A stretch of 53,152 bases of DNA. Source: a virus. The translations under genes and the position numbers were made by a program. The stretch is taken from IMG/VR virus record IMGVR_UViG_3300029118_000008, one strand, 5' to 3'. Within the stretch, counting starts at the first letter, position 1. Each line of letters starts with the position of its first letter. Of this stretch, positions 1-6,891 are shown piece after piece. The notes under the pieces are model-generated. The model ran no database searches. It saw only the letters and a program-made list of their open reading frames with translations, and had not been told where the DNA came from.

Positions 1-99
1 GTTGCGTGAGGAAAGGAGAAACGCAATGAAGTATCTTCACGAACTTAAAGAAAAACTCTGCGAAGAGCTGCAAGAGATTGCGGAGAAGCAGGATATGTC
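1..99. repeat. 99-nt exact terminal duplication (1-99 = 53054-53152); the contig closes into a circle of ~53,053 bp
   Basis: Both ends read gttgcgtgaggaaaggagaaacgcaatgaag...gcaggatatgtc. The gene starting at 26 therefore directly follows the gene ending at 53062. Confidence 0.9.
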
Positions 100-403
100 G
101 GCGGGCGACCTCGAAGCCGTTCACAAGCTGACAGACACCATCAAAAACATCGACAAGATTGAGATGCTTGAATCGGACGGGTACAGCAATAATGGCGGCG
201 ACTGGGAAGCGCGTGGTAGCTATGACGGTATGTACCGCGATGACCGATACAGCCGCCGTGGACGCGATATGCGCGGACGGTACAGCCGCCACGACGGCAC
301 GGACAAGCGCCTGATGGACGAGCTGGAAGAGCTGATGCGTACCATCGAGCCGGGGAAGCGTGACGTGATTCGGCGGGCGCTGGAAGAACTGAAAGAAGCA
401 TAA
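26..403 (+). CDS. Hypothetical protein with coiled-coil ends and a central G/Y/R/D-rich low-complexity segment
   Basis: ATG at 26 lies 7 nt after AAAGGAGA. The ORF-track 2..403 frame begins upstream only because of the contig edge. Composition: RDDRYSRRGRDMRGRYSRHDG. Confidence 0.6.
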   Translation: MKYLHELKEKLCEELQEIAEKQDMSAGDLEAVHKLTDTIKNIDKIEMLESDGYSNNGGDWEARGSYDGMYRDDRYSRRGRDMRGRYSRHDGTDKRLMDELEELMRTIEPGKRDVIRRALEELKEA

Positions 404-422
404 AGGAAAGGGGGCTGGCTGC

Positions 423-767
423 GTGGTCACGCTGACGTGGATTGATGGGCAGATTGAGAAGGCAATCGAAGAGGGCAACAATCCTCAGAATATCCGCGAT
501 TTGGCGGCGCTGATTACAGTGCGTGAGTACCTCGCCACGCGGTCAGCCCCGAAAGCCGATGCACAAAGTGTGCAAGAATCCGCCGATGACAAGAAGCGCC
601 GGGACGCGGTTGTCCTTATGACGCACAGCGCGGATCTGGACACAGTGCCGACCATCCAGCAGGTGGAGACGGCACTGCATTCCATCAGCGTCAACACGCC
701 GGAGGAACGGAAGCGTGTACAAGATGCGAAGAAGTGGGCGCAAATCATCTCACAGAAAAACGCTTGA
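423..767 (+). CDS. Hypothetical protein (GTG start)
   Basis: 114-aa ORF immediately downstream of the previous gene. No recognisable motif. Confidence 0.45.
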   Translation: MVTLTWIDGQIEKAIEEGNNPQNIRDLAALITVREYLATRSAPKADAQSVQESADDKKRRDAVVLMTHSADLDTVPTIQQVETALHSISVNTPEERKRVQDAKKWAQIISQKNA

Positions 768-792
768 CAAAACGATTAGAAACGTTTATAAT
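764..792 (+). promoter_or_regulatory. Perfect sigma-A consensus promoter TTGACA-N17-TATAAT
   Basis: TTGACA at 764-769, 17-nt spacer, TATAAT at 787-792. It overlaps the stop codon of the 423..767 ORF. Confidence 0.5.
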
Positions 793-822
793 GATGTTGG
801 TCAAATGTTCCAGTTCCTTTCT

Positions 823-860
823 CCCTTCCATGCACAGCCCTGCATGGAGGGGCTTTTTTT
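823..860 (+). terminator. Rho-independent terminator
   Basis: 12-bp stem CCCTTCCATGCA / TGCATGGAGGGG with one G-U pair, a 6-nt loop, then C plus T7 (854-860). Confidence 0.75.
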
Positions 861-1095
861 GACCCCCGTTTTGACTACTTCGTGCGACGGAAAGAGAGTC
901 AAAATTGCGAATTTGGGGATTGCAAAAACCATGTGCGATAACAGCAGATTGAGCAATTACAAGGCATACGCAAGCGCAGAGTAGTGAAGAGAAAACCGCT
1001 TTCGCTTTCTTCCATGGAAAGCAAACAAAATCCGTAGAACTGTTGGATTCTCTATGGTTCTCAGCCCCTTGCAACGCTTCTGACTACCAGTTTGA

Positions 1096-2145
1096 CTACT
1101 TGGACACAGAAGTCAACATACTTTCGACCTTTCGGATGGCGTTTTCTTCCTTTTTTTCCGTGAGATGTGCATATATCCGCATTATCATCGTCTCATCCTC
1201 ATGCCCCATCCAGCGCGCGGCAGTTTTAATGTCAACATCCGCATTATAAAGCATCGTCGCAAAAGTATGTCTGCAATCGTGCTGCCTGATTACCACATTT
1301 CTCCCCGCAATTTTTGATAGATGATTTTGGTAACGCTTCCACGCATCGGTTACAGCACTGAAAGAAATAATTTTGTTATCTTTCGATATTATCACGCTTC
1401 CGTGTCGCCCTTGCAAGACATCCCGTAACGGCGGAAACAGCGGCACGTTACGAATACCAGCTTTGGTTTTGGGTACAGTGATAATATAGTCGGAACGTTC
1501 GCGTCGAATCGCCTTTCGGACGTGAATCACACCTTTCTCAAAATCAACATCATCATCAATATCGAGCGCAAGCGCTTCTCCACGCCTAAGCCCTGCATAC
1601 ACCATCACCATCGCGTAAATTCCCATTCTTTCGCTGTCACAAGTATCTCTGATTAGTTTTATTTCCCAATCATCAAGATTGCGGTGCGTCCCTACTTCTC
1701 CTTTCTTTCGCCTAACGTTCTCGCAGGGAGAAATTGCAACTATTCCATCATTTTTTGCAGCGCGGAAAACCGCTCTTGTTGCTTCGGCTATCTTTCTTCG
1801 CGTCCCTTCTCCGCGGTCGGCAAAAGCGTTATAAAGTCGCTGTACATCCGACGGCGTGATTAGTCGCATCTCTGTCTGCGGCAGGATTGATGCTATCTGG
1901 TTAAGGCGTGAGACATATGCATCATATACATTTATTGTCACCTCGCTCTTGTACGTCGGCAGCCACTCCGCCGCGTACTCCGCGAACGTGTACTTCTCCC
2001 GTGGCTTCCTGCCGTATTTTTCCTGTTTCTTGTACTCTTCGCGGGCTGAAAGGGCTTCGGACTGCGTTCGCCCGTAGAACGAGAATCCTTTATATTTGCA
2101 AACGTAACGCCCGTCTGGGCGCTTTTTTAGTGTCTGGCGTGGCAA
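1096..2145 (-). CDS. int: Tyrosine recombinase / phage integrase
   Basis: Catalytic signature LRRGEALAL ... HDCRHTFATML ... MGHEDETMIMRIYAHL (R-H-R-Y), with an N-terminal DGRYVCKY arm-binding-like domain. Probable TTG start at 2145, 8 nt after AAGGAG. The ORF track extends to 2253. Confidence 0.9.
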   Translation of the reverse strand: MPRQTLKKRPDGRYVCKYKGFSFYGRTQSEALSAREEYKKQEKYGRKPREKYTFAEYAAEWLPTYKSEVTINVYDAYVSRLNQIASILPQTEMRLITPSDVQRLYNAFADRGEGTRRKIAEATRAVFRAAKNDGIVAISPCENVRRKKGEVGTHRNLDDWEIKLIRDTCDSERMGIYAMVMVYAGLRRGEALALDIDDDVDFEKGVIHVRKAIRRERSDYIITVPKTKAGIRNVPLFPPLRDVLQGRHGSVIISKDNKIISFSAVTDAWKRYQNHLSKIAGRNVVIRQHDCRHTFATMLYNADVDIKTAARWMGHEDETMIMRIYAHLTEKKEENAIRKVESMLTSVSK

Positions 2146-2320
2146 GTGTATCACTCCTTTTTTCTCATTGTGCCGCAAATCGCAGCAAAGTGCCATCGTA
2201 ATTTGTGAACAAATTGAAAACATTTTGCAAACGCACAGAAAATTTTTTATCATATTTCGCTGTGCGTCAGCATATGGTATTGCGGTGGACGGTAAAAAAT
2301 ACGCGACGGGAGATGAAAAT

Positions 2321-2449
2321 ATGCCTATTTTTTATAAAAAGTTTGTTGTTAAAACGCTCGTCGAGAAGGTGAAGGAACTGCCGGATGACCTGCAAGCGGA
2401 ATTTTTTTCGTGGCTGGAAAAGAAAATTTCTACAAATGAAACGTTATGA
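2321..2449 (+). CDS. Small hypothetical protein (42 aa)
   Basis: ATG lies 8 nt after GGGAG. Sequence MPIFYKKFVVKTLVEKVKELPDDLQAEFFSWLEKKISTNETL. No motif found. Divergent from int. Confidence 0.3.
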   Translation: MPIFYKKFVVKTLVEKVKELPDDLQAEFFSWLEKKISTNETL

Positions 2450-2490
2450 ATATATAAACAATATGAACTGCGGAGAGCATCGAATCCGAA

Positions 2491-2547
2491 AGCAAACGGA
2501 AGCAAAGCAAAAGCAAACGAAAGCAAAATAAAGCAAAGCTAAGCAAA
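2491..2547. repeat. Eight AGCAAA direct repeats, mostly phased at 10-11 nt
   Basis: AGCAAA starts at 2491, 2501, 2506, 2512, 2522, 2532 and 2542 (plus an overlap copy). The region is non-coding. Confidence 0.85.
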
Positions 2548-2591
2548 GAAAAGCTGTGCTATCATTTGCTATTCTATTTTTCCGGATGCGA

Positions 2592-2638
2592 AAGTCAGGA
2601 AAGGTCAAACCACACCCATGAAGGTCAGGGAAAGTCAG
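2592..2638. repeat. Four A(A/G)GTCA(G) direct repeats spaced 10/20/10 nt
   Basis: aaAGTCAGGaaAGGTCAaac...gaAGGTCAGGgaAAGTCAGag. Confidence 0.8.
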
Positions 2639-2730
2639 AGTATGGCGTGTTTCATAATTTGCAAAAGCGCCTGAAATACAGTGATTGCAAGGCTTTGCGC
2701 CACGCTGACGCAAAAATCCGCAAAATGCGA

Positions 2731-2870
2731 TAGCTATGCTAAAAATAAAATAGCTTAGCTATTAAAAAAATAGCTGAATTATTTTTGCTATTAAAAAAAA
2801 TAGCACAGCTAAAAAATAAATAGCAGAATTATTTTTGCTATGCACATTTTTTTTGTGCTATTCGGCGCTA
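2731..2870. repeat. Helically phased A-tract + TAGC/GCTA array, including a ~50-bp duplicated unit
   Basis: TAGC starts at 2731, 2751, 2771, 2801 and 2821, each preceded by A5-A8. TAGC(T/A)GAATTATTTTTGCTA occurs at 2771-2790 and 2821-2840. Confidence 0.85.
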
Positions 2871-2905
2871 ATAATCTCCGCGTTTTACAAGTGGCGTTTG
2901 TTGTC

Positions 2906-3068
2906 TCGCGCGCGCGACATAGTTATATTATAATACATACTTGTGTGTAATATAATATATATTATCATACAGTATAATATAAGTTGCTATATAGTACAAG
3001 CATGGATATATAATAATATAAGCAGCTATATAACACAAGTATGTATATATAAATAATATATAATAAAA
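2906..3068. repeat. TCGCGCGCGCGA palindrome followed by a ~150-nt block made almost entirely of TA/TATA-type words
   Basis: tcgcgcgcgcga at 2906-2917, then atagttatattataatacatac...tatatataaataatatataataaaag. There is no credible ORF on either strand. Confidence 0.85.
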
Positions 3069-3237
3069 GACCACTACCACCACAAGAACACATACTCGAC
3101 AGAGTAGGGTAGGGGGATAATAGGGGGTATAGAGTAATAGGGGGTATGGGGGGAAGAGGGGAAAGGGGGGAAGAAGCGGGAGGGGAGAGGGACGGGCGGT
3201 GGTCTTGTGGTGGTGGCAGCGGCGGTGGTCTTTTTTT
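3065..3237 (+). repeat. G-run tract (more than ten runs of G3-G6) enclosed by a long-range stem and followed by T7
   Basis: 5' arm aaaagaccactaccaccacaagaac (3065-3089). G-runs at 3104-3197. 3' arms ggtggtcttgtggtggtgg (3198-3216) and ggcggtggtcttttttt (3221-3237). Confidence 0.8.
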
Positions 3238-3381
3238 ATCCAGCACCTTTCTGCGGGCATCCGCAGCATGGTCATCTTCGCGCCTTCGCAAAATTGATAG
3301 CCACGGGCAGACCATTTTCGCGGCATCACGCAAATGGTTCTCACAGCCATTTTTGCCCAACAAAAAAATCAGCAGGGGGGC

Positions 3382-3410
3382 TTGACAAGCGGGGCAATCT
3401 GGCATATAAT
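3382..3410 (+). promoter_or_regulatory. Perfect consensus promoter pointing into the 3' end of the minus-strand repressor gene (antisense)
   Basis: TTGACA at 3382-3387, N17, TATAAT at 3405-3410. The repressor CDS ends at 3497 on the opposite strand. Confidence 0.5.
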
Positions 3411-3496
3411 CATGGCATCTTGCTTCTTCGCTCTGCTCCTCTGCTGGTTCTCCTGCTTGTCCTCACGCGCTTGCCGCTCTCAGGCGTTCGGGGACA

Positions 3497-3910
3497 TCAC
3501 GGTTCGCCCTTTTCAGCATCCACCTTGTCCGCCATGCGCTTTAAGCTATCGCGTTCCCTGCGCTCCTGCCGCATCCGACGTTCCGCCTTCGCGGTGAGGT
3601 ACTCAACGTAGTTCATCGCTTCACGCACCACGTCATCCGGCGCGCCCATCAGCTTGGCGATAATCGCCTCGCAGGTTGCGTCGAGAATCGGGCGGTCAGA
3701 CGTTCCTTGCGGGTTGTCGGACAGTCCGCAAAGGTAGTCGGTTGTCACGCCGAGCGCTTCGGCGAACTTCACGATGCTGGTAATCTCCGGCGTGATGATT
3801 CCACGCTCATAGCACGAATACGTCGCTTGCGACACTCCAACGATGCTTGCCATTTCGGCTTGCGTCTTTTTTTTTGCCTTTCTCGCTTCCTTGAGCCTAT
3901 CTCCAAGCAT
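3497..3910 (-). CDS. CI-like XRE-family HTH repressor
   Basis: N-terminal LKEARKAKKKTQAEMASIVGVSQATYSCYERG HTH. C-terminal DDVVREAMNYVEYL tail shared with two paralogues. Divergent from a Cro-like gene. Confidence 0.8.
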   Translation of the reverse strand: MLGDRLKEARKAKKKTQAEMASIVGVSQATYSCYERGIITPEITSIVKFAEALGVTTDYLCGLSDNPQGTSDRPILDATCEAIIAKLMGAPDDVVREAMNYVEYLTAKAERRMRQERRERDSLKRMADKVDAEKGEP

Positions 3911-3943
3911 AAAAACACCTCAAAAATTTTTTCGCGTATTATC

Positions 3944-3972
3944 TTGACATATAAAATCGAGTGTGCTATTAT
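3944..3972 (+). promoter_or_regulatory. Early rightward promoter (TTGACA-N17-TATTAT) with the adjacent palindrome TTATTAgcattgaTAATAA
   Basis: Lies in the 92-nt divergent intergenic region between the repressor and the Cro-like gene. Confidence 0.55.
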
Positions 3973-4008
3973 TAGCATTGATAATAAGCACTGATTGGAG
4001 GGATGCGG

Positions 4009-4209
4009 ATGCAGAACCGCTTGCGTGAGTTCCGCGCAAAGAAGGGCTTGACGCAGATGCAGATTGCAGACGTGCTCAGATGTCAGCAGAGCCTTGTATC
4101 TCAGTATGAGAGGGGTGTACATACACCGTCACTGCATAACGCTATCCGCCTTGCCCGTGCGCTTGGAACGACGGTCGAAGCCCTTTTCGGGGGTGAGGTT
4201 GATGGCTGA
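4009..4209 (+). CDS. Cro-like XRE HTH protein
   Basis: LREFRAKKGLTQMQIADVLRCQQSLVSQYERG. The ATG at 4009 is 7 nt after GGAGGG. The ORF-track start at 4003 is too close to the SD. Confidence 0.75.
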   Translation: MQNRLREFRAKKGLTQMQIADVLRCQQSLVSQYERGVHTPSLHNAIRLARALGTTVEALFGGEVDG

Positions 4210-4741
4210 GAAGCTGCGGCACTTTCTCCACGTCGCCGGGGTTCGAGGAATCAGCGTCGCCGCGCTGTCCGAGAAGTCGGGCATCTCGAAGACGACTATT
4301 TACGGATACGCCAACGGACAGGGAAGCCCAACGGTTGACGCGATGAAGCTCATTGCCGAAGCCCTCGGATGCACAGTCCGAGAGGCGTTCCCGGAGGTTT
4401 ACAGCGAGAAGGTTGACGTGCCGACAGTAAACATCACGGACACGCAGCCCATCAGCACGGCAAAGCTGGCGATGCAGTACGGCATGACAACACGCGAGTT
4501 TAATCAGGCACTGTTCCGCGCTGGTATCCAGATACAGCGCGCCGATGGCACTTGGGTGGTCGCCGGGAACTTCGCCGACATGGCGACTTACAAGCCCGTC
4601 AAAACGGAGAACGGCACGGTGCGGCTGTTCGCAATGTGGACGCTGACGGCGCGAAAGGTGATTCAGTCCTTGCTGGCGGAGCAAGGGATAGTTCCGGCGG
4701 ACGGCGTGAACGTGGGGTCGTCGGATCGCCCGACGAGATAG
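4202..4741 (+). CDS. HTH + KilA-C/ANT-like antirepressor
   Basis: N-terminal HTH (ISVAALSEKSGISKTTIYGYANG). C-terminal AKLAMQYGMTTREFNQALFRAGIQIQRADGTWVV...TARK resembles the KilAC domain. The ATG overlaps the cro-like stop. Confidence 0.6.
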   Translation: MAEKLRHFLHVAGVRGISVAALSEKSGISKTTIYGYANGQGSPTVDAMKLIAEALGCTVREAFPEVYSEKVDVPTVNITDTQPISTAKLAMQYGMTTREFNQALFRAGIQIQRADGTWVVAGNFADMATYKPVKTENGTVRLFAMWTLTARKVIQSLLAEQGIVPADGVNVGSSDRPTR

Positions 4742-4905
4742 TCGAGCGACACGCCGTAGAAGTCGGCGAGGGCTATCAGGGCGGACAGAGGAATCTCACG
4801 TTCTCCGCGCTCATAGCGGCTGTAAAGCGGCTGTCCGCAGCTGATGATTCTTGCAACGTCGCTTTGCTGCAAGTGCCGTTCCAGCCGTAAGGCTTTCAGT
4901 CTCAA
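4663..4905 (-). CDS. XRE-family HTH repressor (second switch)
   Basis: LKALRLERHLQQSDVARIISCGQPLYSRYERGEREIP...LDYLVGRSDDP. Confidence 0.75.
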   Translation of the reverse strand: MRLKALRLERHLQQSDVARIISCGQPLYSRYERGEREIPLSALIALADFYGVSLDYLVGRSDDPTFTPSAGTIPCSASKD

Positions 4906-4936
4906 AAAAAATCACCTCAAAAGGCAATATGCCCTA

Positions 4937-4965
4937 TTGACATATATGCCAAATTGACATATAAT
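4937..4965 (+). promoter_or_regulatory. Perfect consensus promoter containing the direct repeat TTGACATATA x2
   Basis: TTGACA at 4937-4942, N17, TATAAT at 4960-4965. A second TTGACATATA starts at 4954. Confidence 0.55.
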
Positions 4966-4994
4966 ATAGTTACCAGCGCAGAGGGGGGCAAGAA

Positions 4995-5195
4995 ATGAGC
5001 AAGCTGGTCGATGCGCTTAATGCGCGCGGATGGACACAGAAGGAGCTTTCGCAGAGAACCGGCATCAGGCAAGACACGCTTTGCAAGTACGCTTCCGGTA
5101 AAAATACCCCCAGCGTTCTGGTAGCGATTCGTATCGCCGACGCGCTGGGGGTAGAAGACATCAGGGCGCTATTCTCAGGTAGCGGTAATCTTTGA
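4995..5195 (+). CDS. Cro-like XRE HTH protein (second switch)
   Basis: LNARGWTQKELSQRTGIRQDTLCKYASGKNTPSVLVAIRIADALGV. Confidence 0.75.
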   Translation: MSKLVDALNARGWTQKELSQRTGIRQDTLCKYASGKNTPSVLVAIRIADALGVEDIRALFSGSGNL

Positions 5196-5997
5196 CATAA
5201 TATTGCGCGTACCTTGAAGAATGCGAAAACTGGACGCAAGCGTAAACGTCAGAATCGCCATAAAGCCAGAGCGTGACGTATTTTGCGCCGGTTGCATTGG
5301 CGATTTCGCGGCAGTCGATAACATAGCGGTCTGGTGCGGACGGACAAGAAGCATTCGGATTATAGTTGTCCAGCATCTTCCTGCAGTATTCGCCGGACAC
5401 GCTAATGTCGATACTCGGCTTGTCGTAGGGTTCGATGGATGAAATGGAAATCGAAAGCAGATTGACGTTATCGCCGCTGAACTTATCAACGATGTACTGC
5501 AAGTCCTCTTCGGAGTATCGTTCATCTGCAACCCAGTACGAAGTTTGCGCATTCGACGCAAATCGACCGTTGACCTGATGCGGCGTTCCGCCCTTGGAAG
5601 AAAACGCACAATACGCGCCGGAGGACGCGATAGCACTGTGGAAGTACGTTAAGCGCAAGTAGTAGCTGTCACTGCCGACAGAGGTGCGCATAAGCGAATC
5701 GACGGACGAAAACAGCTCGAAAATGTGAGCAAGAAGCTCCTGATATTCTGGCGAATAACTCTTGTAGAGCGATTCCAGAAGCATATATTCGCCCTTGATA
5801 ACAAAGCAGTTCGTTTCCGTGTCGAGCGAAACGTCGTAGGAAATGCCATCTTCTGGTTTGCTTGAGAAGAACTCATTGATAAAGTGCAAGGCAAGCATTT
5901 CGCCGTCGGTGAGGTCGCGTTTCTCGGTCGCAAGGGCGGGGGCAATGGAGAGTGTAAGGCAGCAAAGAACAAGCAGGACGGAAACAAACTTCTTCAT
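5161..5997 (-). CDS. Secreted protein of unknown function (moron in the lysogeny region)
   Basis: N-terminal signal peptide MKKFVSVLLVLCCLTLSIAPALA|TEK. No catalytic motif recognised. Confidence 0.65.
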   Translation of the reverse strand: MKKFVSVLLVLCCLTLSIAPALATEKRDLTDGEMLALHFINEFFSSKPEDGISYDVSLDTETNCFVIKGEYMLLESLYKSYSPEYQELLAHIFELFSSVDSLMRTSVGSDSYYLRLTYFHSAIASSGAYCAFSSKGGTPHQVNGRFASNAQTSYWVADERYSEEDLQYIVDKFSGDNVNLLSISISSIEPYDKPSIDISVSGEYCRKMLDNYNPNASCPSAPDRYVIDCREIANATGAKYVTLWLYGDSDVYACVQFSHSSRYAQYYVKDYRYLRIAP

Positions 5998-6034
5998 CGT
6001 GATGATACCCCTTTCGTGTTTTGGAGGTGTGAAC

Positions 6035-6382
6035 GTGTATCAGAGAAAGCGGCAGTTGAAACAGCGGATTGAGGACTTGCAAGCAAAAGTCGAGATGCTG
6101 GAAAAGGAGAACTTCGCGCTTCGCGAGGAAACGTACATGAGCGACGGCGTTTTCAAGCACAATCCGCTTTTGAGCTGGTACAGCAAGGAGTTGTGCCTTG
6201 CGTTCGGGCGAATCCTCGTTGCTCCGCGCTATCTGAAGCTGGACTTCGACCAATATAGCAAGTATATGCGCGATGTGCTTGACTACTTGAAGGAGATTCG
6301 GCTACTTGAAGAGAGCTATCAGCGAGAGAATCAAGCTGACGGCGGAGATGCCGACGGGAAGCAGGAATCGCAAGCAACTTGA
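6035..6382 (+). CDS. Coiled-coil hypothetical protein
   Basis: GTG at 6035 lies 7 nt after GGAGG (6023-6027). Heptad-like RKRQLKQRIEDLQAKVEMLEKENFALREE. Confidence 0.5.
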   Translation: MYQRKRQLKQRIEDLQAKVEMLEKENFALREETYMSDGVFKHNPLLSWYSKELCLAFGRILVAPRYLKLDFDQYSKYMRDVLDYLKEIRLLEESYQRENQADGGDADGKQESQAT

Positions 6383-6578
6383 CTCGTACTGCTCCATTTC
6401 ATCCAGCGCGTGACGGTTCAGCTCCGGCACATAATCCGGAGGACGTGCATCAAGGTCGGATGGGTGCGGCGGCTGTGGCTCCAAGAAGCCAGATGAACGC
6501 AACCGCGCAAGCTGTTCCGCCGAAAGCTGTTTGCCGCGCTGAAAGTCACGGCAGAGACGATATTCCGACGCAAGCATG
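6302..6578 (-). CDS. Small tail-anchored membrane protein
   Basis: Internal ATG at 6578 after GGAGG. C-terminal TM segment LLPVGISAVSLILSLIALF. Co-oriented downstream of an RHH gene. Confidence 0.5.
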
Positions 6579-6622
6579 GCATACTCACCTCCATTCCTGC
6601 ATAGGATATGACTGCATAGCAA

Positions 6623-6841
6623 TCATTCCTGATTTTGAGGGAGGACGATTTCGCCGTGCTTGTCCTCATAGTCCGCGATATGCTGACGCATTAGCATCTC
6701 CAATTCGCGGTTGACGGTTCGCAGGTTTTTTTTCGCAACCACGCGGAACTTGTCAAGCGTCTGCTTGTCGGTGCGGAGCGTAAACTTCGGGAGGTCGGAC
6801 GGCAAGGGAATCACCACCTTCAAAAAAATTTCGGTCAGCAC
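6623..6841 (-). CDS. Ribbon-helix-helix (Arc/CopG-like) DNA-binding protein
   Basis: KFTLRTDKQTLDKFRVVAKKNLRTVNRELEMLMRQHI fits a beta-strand plus two-helix RHH pattern. The real start is probably the TTG at 6805, after AAGGTGG. Confidence 0.6.
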   Translation of the reverse strand: MLTEIFLKVVIPLPSDLPKFTLRTDKQTLDKFRVVAKKNLRTVNRELEMLMRQHIADYEDKHGEIVLPQNQE

Positions 6842-6842
6842 C

Positions 6843-6890
6843 TTGACAGCAAGGTGACGGCACTATATAATAAAAGAGAGGTGACGGCAC
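6843..6890 (+). promoter_or_regulatory. Perfect consensus promoter with two GGTGACGGCAC direct repeats (operator candidates)
   Basis: TTGACA at 6843-6848, N17, TATAAT at 6866-6871. GGTGACGGCAC at 6853-6863 (in the spacer) and at 6880-6890 (downstream of +1). Confidence 0.6.
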
Positions 6891-6891
6891 A

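Noticed and set aside
2928-3405. Two overlapping minus-strand ORFs (140 and 146 aa) in the int-cI intergenic region
   Set aside because: They are read-outs of the TA-only block and the complement of the G-run block (PLLPPFPLFPPYPLL..., YIIIYPCLYYIATYIILY). This is pure low-complexity sequence with no SD, so I treat the region as non-coding.
4240-4270. GGGGTTCGAGGAATC string resembling a tRNA T-arm
   Set aside because: It lies inside the antirepressor-like CDS and has no acceptor-stem complement or anticodon arm around it. I found no convincing tRNA anywhere by eye, though a tRNAscan run would be the proper check.
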